From Candidatus Methanoxibalbensis ujae (GTDB lineage Archaea; Halobacteriota; Syntropharchaeia; Alkanophagales; Methanospirareceae): a stretch of 64,000 bases of DNA. The position numbers and the translations under genes were made by a program. Below the pieces are notes generated by a model. That model was not told the origin of the DNA. It made no database searches and saw nothing but the letters and a program-made list of their open reading frames with translations. Positions 19,925-29,969 of this stretch are shown in pieces. Every line of letters starts with the position of its first letter. Positions within the stretch are counted from its first letter, which is position 1. The stretch is taken from the NCBI GenBank assembly GCA_026134085.1, contig JAOQIN010000004.1:26-64025 (forward strand), given 5' to 3'.

Positions 19925-21130
19925 TCAGCAGTTCATTGTATCTCTTATGACATCAGCAATGCGCTCAATATCCGAACGCTCAACGCCTGGATGAACGGGA
20001 AGGGATAAAACCTCCTTCGCAAGTCTTTCGGATACGGGTAGAGAAATGTCGCCATATCCAAGTTTTCTGTATAAGGGCTGTTTGTGCACAGGTATCGGAT
20101 AATATATGCCCACCTCAACGCCGTTTCTGCGCAGTATGTCAGCGAGCATATCCCGCATCACGCCGCCCTCAGCACCACCGGCAGAACGAGATGCACGTCT
20201 CTCATGTGAGAACTGCAATTCATCCGAAACAACGCGTATTGTGTACTGATGAAAAACATGAGTGCGCCCATCTTTGATGACTGGCGTGATTATATTGGGG
20301 ATATTTTTGAGGTTTTCAGTAAGATATTCTGCGTTTTTACGCCTTTTCATTGTAAATAAAGGGAGTTTTTTGAGCTGTGAAATGCCTATTGCCGCGCATA
20401 TATCTGTCATTCGCATGTTGAATCCGAGCATTTCATGTGTGTATTTTGAAGTTGAGCCGTGATTTCTTATCATACGTGCTCTGTCTGCAATCTCCTTTAT
20501 ATCTGTTGTTATCATTCCCCCCTCGCCTGTTGTCATGTTTTTTGTTGCGTAGAAGCTGAAGCATCCTGCCGTGCCGATTGCGCCTGCTTTTTTTCCATGG
20601 TATTCAGCGCCGTGTGCCTGACACGCATCCTCTATGACAATCAGATCATAATCCTCCGCTATTTCCATGAGCGCATGCATATCACACGGCTGACCGTAGA
20701 GGTGGACGGGTATTACCGCCTTCGTCCGTCTGGATACGGCTTCATTCACCTGCTCAACATCTATGTTGAAGTCGTCCTCGCGGACATCAACGAAAACCGG
20801 CTTTGCACCTGTGAACAGAACTGCGTTGGCAGTTGATATGAACGTAAAAGGAGTTGTGATGACCTCATCCCCTCTCCCTATGCCTGCGGCTAGAAGTGCG
20901 ATGTGAATTGCTGCTGTTCCCGAGCTCACCGCAACTGCATGCTCAACACCTGTAAAATCTGCAAACTCTCTCTCAAATTCACGCACACAAGCACCCTGAG
21001 CAAGCATACCAGAAAGCATCACAGATTTTACAGACTCTATCTCCTCCTCCCCGATAATCGGTGAGGATATCCTTATGTTTTCTGCACTCGCTCTCATCGC
21101 GATCTCTCGCAATCTCATCCGCAATCTCAC
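19925..21130 (-). CDS. DegT/DnrJ/EryC1/StrS-family PLP aminotransferase
   Basis: SSPIIGEEEIESVKSVMLSG and PLP-Lys context SFYATKNMTTGEGG. The start may be the internal MRASAEN. Confidence 0.85.
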   Translation of the reverse strand: MRLRMRLREIAMRASAENIRISSPIIGEEEIESVKSVMLSGMLAQGACVREFEREFADFTGVEHAVAVSSGTAAIHIALLAAGIGRGDEVITTPFTFISTANAVLFTGAKPVFVDVREDDFNIDVEQVNEAVSRRTKAVIPVHLYGQPCDMHALMEIAEDYDLIVIEDACQAHGAEYHGKKAGAIGTAGCFSFYATKNMTTGEGGMITTDIKEIADRARMIRNHGSTSKYTHEMLGFNMRMTDICAAIGISQLKKLPLFTMKRRKNAEYLTENLKNIPNIITPVIKDGRTHVFHQYTIRVVSDELQFSHERRASRSAGGAEGGVMRDMLADILRRNGVEVGIYYPIPVHKQPLYRKLGYGDISLPVSERLAKEVLSLPVHPGVERSDIERIADVIRDTMNC

Positions 21131-21162
21131 ATCACAGCATCACGCCTCAGCCAATCGCGGGC

Positions 21163-21624
21163 TCACTTCTTCCATTTTCTTCTGAAAGGGCTCGGCCCCA
21201 CTTTTTTCACATTTTCAGTTACCTCTCTCACCATATCAGCAAATATAGGTCCTTCTGAGGCGGATATCCATCTGAGACCGATCCTCTCAGGCTCCAGGCC
21301 GAGCTCATCAACAAATTCCTTCAGGAACTCATAGCGGTTACGCGCTTTGTAATTTCCATCTATGTAATGGCAATCGCCGATATGGCATCCTGTTATGAGA
21401 ACAGCATCAGCACCTTCAAGCAATCCCAGCAGCACGAACGCGGGATCTATACGACCGGAACACATCACCCGCACCACCCTGAATGTCGGTGGCATCTGCC
21501 TTCTCTCAAGGCCTGCCGCATCCGCACCTGCATAAGAACACCAGTTGCAGCAGAACGCAAGAATCTTGGGCTCCCACTCCTCGCCAGCAGAGGATGCAGA
21601 CTCCTTCCTCACTTCATTCTCCAT
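21163..21624 (-). CDS. mvhD: MvhD/FlpD-like protein (methyl-viologen-reducing hydrogenase delta subunit family)
   Basis: KILAFCCNWCSYAGADAAG ... RVMCSGRIDPAFVL ... ITGCHIGDCHY. Confidence 0.85.
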   Translation of the reverse strand: MENEVRKESASSAGEEWEPKILAFCCNWCSYAGADAAGLERRQMPPTFRVVRVMCSGRIDPAFVLLGLLEGADAVLITGCHIGDCHYIDGNYKARNRYEFLKEFVDELGLEPERIGLRWISASEGPIFADMVREVTENVKKVGPSPFRRKWKK

Positions 21625-21706
21625 ATTCGCTCACTATTGCTCTTTTTTCAATTTCTTCAAAAAAGCATAGCGCATTTCGCACCTCACTCACTTAATCATA
21701 CTTCAC

Positions 21707-21766
21707 CATGCGGTCACTCATGCAGTCACTCATGCAATTCATGCGGTCACTCATGCAATCACTCAC
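21707..21766. repeat. Imperfect ~12-nt tandem array (catgcRgtcact units, ~5 copies)
   Basis: Read directly: catgcggtcact catgcagtcact catgcaattc atgcggtcact catgcaatcact. Confidence 0.8.
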
Positions 21767-21885
21767 TCAGGAAGCCATGACTGAGCTTGACTGAAATTCG
21801 TCACGGTCTTCCTGTTCATCAAATGCGCGAAATAATGAAAAAACAAACAAATAAATAATAAATAAATAAATAAATAAAAAATAAC

Positions 21886-22533
21886 TCATCTTATAGGTAT
21901 GCTTTTTTTCTTCTTTTCCACCTCCTTCTTCTTCAATTTTACACTGAGTATTCCGTTTTTATAGGATGCTTCGGCACTTTCTGGTATTATTTCAGAATCA
22001 AATTTCACTTCTTTATAATATTTTCTGTCGTTCTCCGCTCTTATTTCAAGCGAATTTTCTGTTGCATGCAGATTTATGTTTTCCTTCTCAACGCCAGGCA
22101 GCTCAGCAACCACCTCGTAGGAGTTTTCCTGCTCTATCACATCCACAAGAGGCTCTCTCTCTCCGTGAGGTATGGGCTCAAATCTTCTCATTGTGGGTCT
22201 GATATTTCCGAACTCTATGATTTCAGGCTCCTTACCGGGCTCTTTTCTGAATGCGAAGCCGTATATGAAAGGTCCTATACGCTTTACTCTACCTTCAGGG
22301 GTCTCAATTTCCTCCACGAATGCTCTGTATTCTTCCGGTGATTCTTTTTCAAGCCACTCAAGCATCTCCTCAAAAGGGTCTTTCAGGAGATCCTCTATGT
22401 CAAATTCCTCTCGCCTTCGCCTCACTCTCTCCTCAAAAGGAAGAGCTGAGATGCGCCGCATCTCCTCCATCATCCGCTCCATATACCGCTCCATCAGATC
22501 AAATATGGAAGGTCTCCTTCTCTCTTCTCGCAT
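21886..22533 (-). CDS. Hsp20/alpha-crystallin small heat-shock protein with a long charged N-terminal extension
   Basis: C-terminal YEVVAELPGVEKENINLHATENSLEIRAE...ASYKNGILSVKLKK. Confidence 0.8.
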   Translation of the reverse strand: MREERRRPSIFDLMERYMERMMEEMRRISALPFEERVRRRREEFDIEDLLKDPFEEMLEWLEKESPEEYRAFVEEIETPEGRVKRIGPFIYGFAFRKEPGKEPEIIEFGNIRPTMRRFEPIPHGEREPLVDVIEQENSYEVVAELPGVEKENINLHATENSLEIRAENDRKYYKEVKFDSEIIPESAEASYKNGILSVKLKKKEVEKKKKSIPIR

Positions 22534-22666
22534 ATTTGGCGTTTATACGCAATTGCATAAAAAGTTTACGAGCCATGCCGCTTTGTGCCGCGGTCATGTA
22601 TCACGTGCACAACACAGTCTCACATCATGATTTCAATTGCAGTTGCAGCCAGGGGTGCGCAATCTT

Positions 22667-23497
22667 TCAATCTGAAATGAACACGCATTTATCTCTCCGA
22701 CACTTTTCGCAGCTTTCCTCAAGAACATGCACTCGCACCGCTGATTTCTTTATTTTGACGATGAGATCCATGAGTGCATCAAGTCTTTCAGCGGAGCATT
22801 CAACGCATATGACAACTGATCCCTCACCGTAATTGACGCCGCCTGCACCTATGGGGAACGCGTCATCAGCGCCTAGGATTTTGAGTGCGGTGACCTCCGT
22901 GACGATTTTACCGCATACGGGCATGAGCCCCACAGGCATGCCAGTCGCCCTGCGCACCCTTCCACCGCCGAGGCGGCGGGAAGCCTCGTTTATTGAGAAA
23001 GGAATTGTTTTCTCCAACCCGACAGGGATTATGAAGTTCACGCCACGCGCCATGATGACGCCTATCGCAGTGCCTATGGTTCCGCCGAACGGATGACCGA
23101 GAAATATGCCCGCAACCTCACCGCTCGCATCGAGAGCATTCGCTCCTTTCAGAAAGACATCGGATGCTGTCATGTCATCAATGACATCTTCAAGACATTC
23201 CTCCGTCACTTTTCCCTCTCTTATCACTATCTCCCGCTGCCTTTCCTCCTTGGGAACCGAGCAGAGAGCTTTCGCCGTTACGACGCCGGCTGCAAACCTG
23301 TCTCGCATCACCACAGCGGACTCATCACGCAGCTCCTCCAGCAACTCCTCGGCAACAAAAGCATTTGTTGTTCCCTGTGATATCACAACAATGCCTGATT
23401 TCAACGCATGCCTCACCTCTTCCATGCGACGAATGCCCATCGCAATCAGCTTCTTCCCCTCGGAAGGCGTAAGAGAGACCAAAAACCGCTCAGACAT
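22667..23497 (-). CDS. Conserved-looking hypothetical protein (function unknown)
   Basis: 276-aa ORF with good coding appearance and a Cys-rich C-terminus (CVECS...CEKCRRDKC). Family not recognised. Confidence 0.6.
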   Translation of the reverse strand: MSERFLVSLTPSEGKKLIAMGIRRMEEVRHALKSGIVVISQGTTNAFVAEELLEELRDESAVVMRDRFAAGVVTAKALCSVPKEERQREIVIREGKVTEECLEDVIDDMTASDVFLKGANALDASGEVAGIFLGHPFGGTIGTAIGVIMARGVNFIIPVGLEKTIPFSINEASRRLGGGRVRRATGMPVGLMPVCGKIVTEVTALKILGADDAFPIGAGGVNYGEGSVVICVECSAERLDALMDLIVKIKKSAVRVHVLEESCEKCRRDKCVFISD

Positions 23498-23943
23498 ACG
23501 ATAAACATCAAAAACCCCTCATAAATAAGCTCATACTCACTCCAGACTCAGCACCACTTCCCCGCACAGCTCACCTTACAACCATTATAACCCATTTGGG
23601 TATTATTTATAATCTGAAATAGAAGTTATATATGAAGATGTTCTTCAAAAAACTTTCGGCATTGCGCGGAGGCATTGTGTGAGGCTTTGTGTGAGACATT
23701 GCGCGGAGGGGTGCGTGGACTGTGAGCAGCGTGCGTGATGTGTTGCGGTGCCTGTGGAAGAATGCGGGAGATGTGAAGCCTGAGCAGGATGTGTGTTTTT
23801 ATACACACCTTTTTTATAAATTTTCTGAAGAAAATAAACAGAACGAACATAAAATAATAAAAGCCTCCTTCGTGATGCGATATTCACGAGGAGGGTGAGG
23901 TGCACTGTCTGATGGCCGTGTTGAGGATGTTGAGGAAAAGGAG

Positions 23944-24804
23944 GTGATGTGGATGCGAGGAGAAATTGCGATATTCGTGTCTGTGATCGTTGCGGCGATG
24001 ATAGCGTCCTGCATACCTGCGGCGATTGGAGATGAAGCCCCAACGAATGTTTCTGTGAACAATGTCGCGCCGGATGTTGTTGATGTGTCTGTGTCGCCGA
24101 GTTATGTGGCGTTGAACCCATGCCCCGACAGCACACCAATTCTGGTTGAGGCTGAGGTCTCAGATGACAACGGTCCCGATGACATCAGCACTGTGCAGGT
24201 GACCGCGATAGAAAACAGCAGTGGAGGAGATGCGAGCGAATATCTTGAGGAGTCGCTGCCTGTTGACATGACATACAACGAGAGCACCGGAAAATACGAG
24301 GCAACTCTGCATTTGAAATGCACGACGCTTAACGACACATACACAGTTGAGGTCACCGCAGAGGATAAAGGCGGACTGGAAGATGTGGGCACTGGAAATT
24401 TCGCCGTTGGAATGACATGTGCGATTGAGATAGATTTCAACGCGATATCCTTCGGTGAGGTGAACCCGGGCGCTGCATCCTCAGTTGATGGAGACAGTGT
24501 CATGGAAACTGTGGGAACTGCCCCACCTGTCAAGCCGACCATAAAGAACTGCGGGAACGCGCCGATAAATGTGAGCCTGAAAATAGAGGACAGTGCTGGA
24601 AATCCGACAACACTCTTTGAGGGAAACACAACCGCTGTTGTGGACGATTCAGGACCTGAAACCCTCTCAAACACGCCGACAGAATTTGCAGTCAACCTCC
24701 TACCGGGCAATACAACAAATCTCGACATCTCACTCTATGTTCCCGTAGGCACCACATGGGGCTCATACACAGGAACACTCACAATAGAACCCGTGTGCAT
24801 GTGA
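23944..24804 (+). CDS. Secreted/surface protein paralog 1 (N-terminal hydrophobic anchor, sequon-rich)
   Basis: MRGEIAIFVSVIVAAMIA N-terminus. Shared modules with the next two genes (NVAPDV..., DDNGPDDISTV, YTVEVTAEDKGG, ISFGEVNPG, YTGTLTI). Confidence 0.75.
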   Translation: MMWMRGEIAIFVSVIVAAMIASCIPAAIGDEAPTNVSVNNVAPDVVDVSVSPSYVALNPCPDSTPILVEAEVSDDNGPDDISTVQVTAIENSSGGDASEYLEESLPVDMTYNESTGKYEATLHLKCTTLNDTYTVEVTAEDKGGLEDVGTGNFAVGMTCAIEIDFNAISFGEVNPGAASSVDGDSVMETVGTAPPVKPTIKNCGNAPINVSLKIEDSAGNPTTLFEGNTTAVVDDSGPETLSNTPTEFAVNLLPGNTTNLDISLYVPVGTTWGSYTGTLTIEPVCM

Positions 24805-24910
24805 TCTCTGCGTAAAACAAACTCCCTTTTTTCATTTTTTTTCACAAATTCCGCGAGACGCGAGAAAAAAAGAAAAATAAAAGGGGAAAAGGGAAAAAGG
24901 AGTGAGGAAA

Positions 24911-25966
24911 ATGCGCAAAAAAATGAATAAAATGAATAAAAAAATAGATTCGCGGAGGTATTTCGCTATCATGGCTGCCGTGCTCATCATAGCTGTGGTC
25001 ATTGCTCCAACATTGACTGCGATTGAAACTGAGATACCGGCAAATGCTTCTGTGCCGAACATAGCACCATCATTCATATCATTGAGCATACCGGATGACA
25101 GTGCTGATCCTGGATATCAGGTTATAAATCCGGATCCGGAGAGGAACAGGACAGTCAGACTGGAGGTGGTGCTGTGTGACATGAACGGACACGATGATAT
25201 ATCAAATGTGAATGCGAACATAACAGGTCCAAGTCATGTTGATCCATTTACATTGAAATTAAATCGCACTTTAAATGTGAGCACAGCAGTTTATGAGGGA
25301 TATTTCAACATGTCACATCACAAACAGGGAGAATACACAATAACAGTGAGAGCCTGCGATAAAGGAGGTATGTCCTCTCAGGCAGAATTGAATTTCACAT
25401 ACTCATATGGTGAGGTTGAGGTTGTGAGATATGATTTCTCCGATGGAGCAGGAGAGGACAAATGGGCATATCGGTATCAATGTGCTGAATTTCCGCCGAA
25501 CACGAATGATGTCCCTTCAATTGAGTTCACACCGAGGCAATATTCGTTCATAAAAAGCAGGAATTACATAATGTATGTGAGCGTGACGGACAAAACAGGA
25601 TACCACGCAGCACATCGCTTCGTGTTCAACATCAGACAACCTGAGAACATTCTCATGATGAACATATCATGGTGGGGATTCGGTTTCAAGTTCCTCGGTG
25701 AGGATGGTGCCACGCTGTTCATATGGAACTGCACCGCCGGAAGATACGAGCGTATTGATCGCGACAACAGCATATTCGCAATGCTTAAGGGGAGCATCAG
25801 CGATGACATATCAAACTACATTGATGAATGTGGAAACATCACGATACTCGTTGAGCAGAACAGCCCGCAAACAACAGCAACATCATTCTGGAGATCAATA
25901 CAACTGCACTCTTTCCTTGGCACGGATTACATCTGCCTGGATGTCCATTATCTGTCGCCTTGCTGA
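24911..25966 (+). CDS. Secreted/surface protein paralog 2
   Basis: Hydrophobic N-terminus YFAIMAAVLIIAVVIAP. Modules NIAPSF, DMNGHDDISNV, YTITVRACDKGG. The C-terminal half differs from paralogs 1 and 3. Confidence 0.7.
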   Translation: MRKKMNKMNKKIDSRRYFAIMAAVLIIAVVIAPTLTAIETEIPANASVPNIAPSFISLSIPDDSADPGYQVINPDPERNRTVRLEVVLCDMNGHDDISNVNANITGPSHVDPFTLKLNRTLNVSTAVYEGYFNMSHHKQGEYTITVRACDKGGMSSQAELNFTYSYGEVEVVRYDFSDGAGEDKWAYRYQCAEFPPNTNDVPSIEFTPRQYSFIKSRNYIMYVSVTDKTGYHAAHRFVFNIRQPENILMMNISWWGFGFKFLGEDGATLFIWNCTAGRYERIDRDNSIFAMLKGSISDDISNYIDECGNITILVEQNSPQTTATSFWRSIQLHSFLGTDYICLDVHYLSPC

Positions 25967-26085
25967 GCGCAGATGAGTCGCAGATGAGTGCGAAGGAGGT
26001 GTGATGTGTGGTGTGGAGATGAGGGTGATGATGAGGTGGTGATGAGGTGGTGATGAGGGAAATGATCACAGAAATGATCACAGGT

Positions 26086-27489
26086 ATGAGAATGAAAGGA
26101 GGTATAAGAGGTTGGGCTCTGCTGATGATATTGCTTGCATCACTGATGTCAACTGTGTCAACACTCGCACAGCCTTCCCCATTTTTCATAAATGGTTATG
26201 TTTTTCATGCAAACGGCACTGCGTGTGATGCGCCTTTGGTGAAGATAACAAACGAGAATACAGGAGCACACTGGACAGCGGAAACTTCGCAGAACATGTA
26301 TGGATGCATAATTGCAAACGGCATGGATGTGAATGTCTCCGAGACATTGCAGATATATGCGTGGAAAGATGTGCAATCAAAGATCATACATCACACAGTC
26401 ACAGAGAATGAAACGGAAGATGGCATATTATGCATGAATATCACTCTCCTGAATCCTCCCGAAACGCCTTTTGTCGTGCAAGGCGCAGTGTATTACGAGA
26501 CGGGTGAGCCCTGCATTAATCTGACAGGCGTTACCATAACAAATAAAAACACAGGAAACACATGGAATGCGGAAATACATGAGGGATTCAACCAATATAT
26601 GCTCGTTATAAGCGATAATGTGAGTGAGGGAGATGTTCTTGAGATAAACGCGACAGATGGCTCCTCCCGCAACAGCACAACACATGCAGTTTCTTCCGGG
26701 GAAATTGACAGCGGCATCGTATCTCACAATGTCACACTTCCAGCACTTAACATGGCGCCCTCTGTTGACAGCATACTCATAACACCGGATGATGATGTTG
26801 AGGAGGGCGTGCAGATAGACCCGCAGCCAGGAGAAAACAAAACAGTGAACATCTCAGCGGTTGTGAGAGATATGAACGGATATGATGACATATCCTCTGT
26901 GATTGCCACGATAACAGGACAGAGCAATGTCGCCGACAGCCCTGTAATTCTGCATTTCGTCTCAAATATTGATGGAAACACCGCAATATTCAATGGGTCT
27001 TTCAACATGAGCTTCTACTACGAGAGCGGTATATACACAGTGACTGTGAACGCAACTGACAAAAGCGGCGCAACAGGCACAAACACATCATCATTCAATT
27101 ATCGCGAGGCGATAGCACTGCGGATGGATGCTGTTTCCATAAGTTTTGGCAGTGTTGATCCGGGAGAATATTGTGAGGTCTCAGGTGATCATGATTTCGC
27201 CACCACGGATAAACCCACAATACAGAACATAGGGAACACCGTGATAAATGTGAAGATAAGCGGGACAAACCTCACATCAGAGGAGAATGCGGTGATAGAA
27301 AAGCGAAACATACGCGCACGCGTGGATGCTCTTTCATATAAAAACCTGAGCGAGGAAAGAGTGTTTGATGTGCAGATGCCCATCGGAAATGCGGTATTTG
27401 AGAACATTGACTTCAGCCTGAGCGTTGAACGCGGCACACCCCCAGGAAATTATGAGGGGAATGTGACAATAACTGCCGTCTCTGTATGA
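26086..27489 (+). CDS. Secreted/surface protein paralog 3 (longest; extra N-terminal repeats)
   Basis: Signal-like MRMKGGIRGWALLMILLASLMSTVSTLAQP. Modules NMAPSV, DMNGYDDISSV, YTVTVNATDKSG, ISFGSVDPG, YEGNVTI. More than 15 N-x-S/T sequons. Confidence 0.75.
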   Translation: MRMKGGIRGWALLMILLASLMSTVSTLAQPSPFFINGYVFHANGTACDAPLVKITNENTGAHWTAETSQNMYGCIIANGMDVNVSETLQIYAWKDVQSKIIHHTVTENETEDGILCMNITLLNPPETPFVVQGAVYYETGEPCINLTGVTITNKNTGNTWNAEIHEGFNQYMLVISDNVSEGDVLEINATDGSSRNSTTHAVSSGEIDSGIVSHNVTLPALNMAPSVDSILITPDDDVEEGVQIDPQPGENKTVNISAVVRDMNGYDDISSVIATITGQSNVADSPVILHFVSNIDGNTAIFNGSFNMSFYYESGIYTVTVNATDKSGATGTNTSSFNYREAIALRMDAVSISFGSVDPGEYCEVSGDHDFATTDKPTIQNIGNTVINVKISGTNLTSEENAVIEKRNIRARVDALSYKNLSEERVFDVQMPIGNAVFENIDFSLSVERGTPPGNYEGNVTITAVSV

Positions 27490-27594
27490 TTTCTGGCTTT
27501 TTTTTCTTTTTTTATTATTGTTATTTTTTATTATTATTTTATTTTTGCTTCTAATAAATAAAAGCGAAAAAGAGGTGAAGGATAAAGAAGCTGC
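27490..27594. terminator. Bidirectional T-/A-rich terminator region between convergent genes
   Basis: ttttttttctttttttattattgttattttttattatt on the plus strand, then A-rich aataaataaaagcgaaaaag, which gives T tracts for the minus-strand AOR gene. Confidence 0.5.
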
Positions 27595-29418
27595 TTATGC
27601 GGCGAGTCCGAGCTCTCTCAGTTTATCCTCAGTTGGGTGACCTTCCGCGGTGTATCCTCGTTTCTCGTAATATATGTCAAGGAGTTTTTCAAGCGGATGC
27701 ACTCTTCCTGATGCGGGTCCTTCAGGAGCGGGTTCCTTCAGCAGTCTTTCTGGGAGTGTGTCGTATTTGCGATCGAATCCTTCACGCCTGTTGAACAGCC
27801 GCTCAAGTGCGAATATTCTTTCGCCCGTCTTGATGAATTCCTCAGCGCTGTAATTCTCCCATCCGGTTACAGCAGCAATCATCTCAGCGATTTCCTCCGC
27901 GCTGATGCCGAATGTGAGGAACAGGCAGTTCACTGCCGAGTCAACTGCTGCGGTGATGTCCTGGAAGAGTATTGAGAGTTCAACTTTCTTATCAGACGCG
28001 TCAAGTGGGTCAACCTTCATAGCTTCTCCTCCAACGCTCCCTATGATCTCAGCAGCGATAGTGTATCCGCTCACATGGCAGCCTCCTCTGTTTGATGTTG
28101 CGAATGTCATGCCTATGCCCACAGCTCCTCTCGGGTCATATGCGGGAAGCTCCAATCCCTTGACATGCATCGCATATCTCTCAGCTCCCTTACCTATGCG
28201 CTTCGCTGCGTTCCTTGCGCCATCAGCGAGCACATCTCCGAATCCCTCTCTCCTTGCTATCATCTCCACCATGCGAACCATCGCATCGGCATCTCCAAAT
28301 TTCAGCTCAAAGCCGACATCGTCCTTCGTGATTATGCCCCTTTCATAGAGTTCCATTGCGAACCCTATTGTCGAGCCACATGATATCGTGTCTATTCCAT
28401 ACTCGTTGCAGAGATAGTTCGCACGGGCGATTGCGTTCAGGTCGGAAATGCCGCACTGACCGCCAAAAGCCCATATGGTCTCGTATTCAAGACTCTCCCC
28501 CTCGGTAGTTGCGTATTTACCGCTCTCTATCTTTATCCAGCGACCGCATTCCATCGGACACTCATGACATGCAGTCGTCCTCACGAAGATTGAATCCCTC
28601 AGCGCCTCTCCAGATATTTTATCAGCGTCAGCGAAAACTCCGCTCTGGAAGTTTCTCGTGGGATATATGCCAGCCGCGTTCATGAGACCCGTGAGCACGG
28701 GCGTCCCATATGTGTTGAGAGCGCCACCCTCCTTTGTGACATCATTTTCCGAGAGCTTTTTAAGCGCTCTATCCGCTGCTCTTCGCAGTGCAATCGGGTT
28801 CGCAACCTCAACATCCTTTGAGCCCTTCACTGCGATCGCACGAAGGTTCTTACTGCCTATCACAGCGCCTGCGCCTCCCCTCCCGGCAGCACGATATTTC
28901 TCATTCATCACGCATGCGATGCATGAGCGCTTCTCTCCGCCTATGCCTATCTGAAGCACTTTTGCCTCTCTGTCTGTCTCCCCGCGGATAATGTCGTCAA
29001 CTTCAGACACCAGCTTGCCCCATAGCCCGCCTGCATCTCTGAACTCCACGCCACCGTCGTGAATCCAGATGTATGTCGGCTTCTCCGCTTTTCCCTTCAG
29101 AACGATGCCGTCATATCCACATCTCCTGAGCTCAGCCGCCCATGTCCCGCCAGATGTCGTAAATGTGATTCCGCCCGTCAGCGGACTCTTCGTTACGATG
29201 CAATGACGACCGCTGCTCGGCGTCTTTGTGCCTGTGAGAGGGCCTGTGGCAATCACAACAATGTTCTCAGGCGATAGAGGGTCTGTCCCGGCGGGAAGTT
29301 CATCGTATAAAATCTTGGTGCCAAGACCTCTGCCGCCGAGAAACTTGCGCACCGTGCCTTCATCCACATCTCTCTCATCACAGCTACACGCGGACAGATC
29401 AACCTGCAATAACTTCAT
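27595..29418 (-). CDS. Aldehyde:ferredoxin oxidoreductase family (tungstopterin) enzyme
   Basis: 607 aa. N-terminal MKLLQVDLS...RKFLGGRGLGTKILYDE and overall AOR-like sequence. Confidence 0.9.
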   Translation of the reverse strand: MKLLQVDLSACSCDERDVDEGTVRKFLGGRGLGTKILYDELPAGTDPLSPENIVVIATGPLTGTKTPSSGRHCIVTKSPLTGGITFTTSGGTWAAELRRCGYDGIVLKGKAEKPTYIWIHDGGVEFRDAGGLWGKLVSEVDDIIRGETDREAKVLQIGIGGEKRSCIACVMNEKYRAAGRGGAGAVIGSKNLRAIAVKGSKDVEVANPIALRRAADRALKKLSENDVTKEGGALNTYGTPVLTGLMNAAGIYPTRNFQSGVFADADKISGEALRDSIFVRTTACHECPMECGRWIKIESGKYATTEGESLEYETIWAFGGQCGISDLNAIARANYLCNEYGIDTISCGSTIGFAMELYERGIITKDDVGFELKFGDADAMVRMVEMIARREGFGDVLADGARNAAKRIGKGAERYAMHVKGLELPAYDPRGAVGIGMTFATSNRGGCHVSGYTIAAEIIGSVGGEAMKVDPLDASDKKVELSILFQDITAAVDSAVNCLFLTFGISAEEIAEMIAAVTGWENYSAEEFIKTGERIFALERLFNRREGFDRKYDTLPERLLKEPAPEGPASGRVHPLEKLLDIYYEKRGYTAEGHPTEDKLRELGLAA

Positions 29419-29767
29419 TCATATCCCCGCATGTTCTATTTTCAATCATCTTAAAAATCTTTTTTCTGTTCACAACAGCACATTTCGTGTCGCTGACAGA
29501 AACGCTTCGGTCAACATCGCCATCAGGGCGGGCCTCAAATTCCACTTCCATTCAACATAAATAAATTCCTCTTCAACAGTTTTCTGATGCCCGACAGTGT
29601 GTGGGGCAACATCATGACTCACTCCTGATGCAGTTTCAGGGGCTTGAGGTCGGAACCAAGTAACCCCTGCCTTCCGTCCTCAAACAATTCTTAATCCTTG
29701 ATTTAGTATTTCCGCCTTCATGCGTCCCGGTCTCCAGAGGAAATGGAGATAGTTCTGTTGAAGGTTT

Positions 29768-29782
29768 CGTAAGGTTTATATT
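29768..29782 (+). promoter_or_regulatory. Candidate BRE/TATA promoter for island-1 cassette
   Basis: tcgtaaggTTTATATTgg closely resembles the rRNA promoter in this window (gcgtaacaTTTATATAagg). It lies ~190 nt upstream of the methylase start. Confidence 0.35.
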
Positions 29783-29969
29783 GGATTTTTCGTCTTTTGA
29801 AGGTTTAAATGGTGTTGGAAGCTGAGGCCAAGATATCCCAAAGCAGCAAAGCCCGCACACAGTTCGTAGTAACTCCCAGAACCTCTTAAGTCCGGCGAAC
29901 GAGTTGGGATAACGGAGGGTGATAAAATCCAAAAGTGGCGAATTGAATATGCCTGCAGGTTGGTGGAGT

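Noticed and set aside
9899-26083. Whether the short repeat arrays (9899-9955, 21707-21766, 23660-23720, 26031-26083) could be CRISPR arrays.
   Set aside because: The units are 8-14 nt, directly abutting with no spacers, and no cas genes are present. They are simple tandem repeats.
29700-29760. Similarity between the left flank of island 1 (tttccgccttcatgcgtcccggtctccagaggaaatgg) and its right flank at 38097-38150 (tttcctctccacgctttcgcatggagtctccagggataagatg), as possible att-like direct repeats or TnpB 3'-end/guide-RNA remnants.
   Set aside because: Only short shared words (tttcc, gtctccag, tgaagg) align, with many gaps. This is too weak to call by eye and needs a formal alignment or a covariance-model search.
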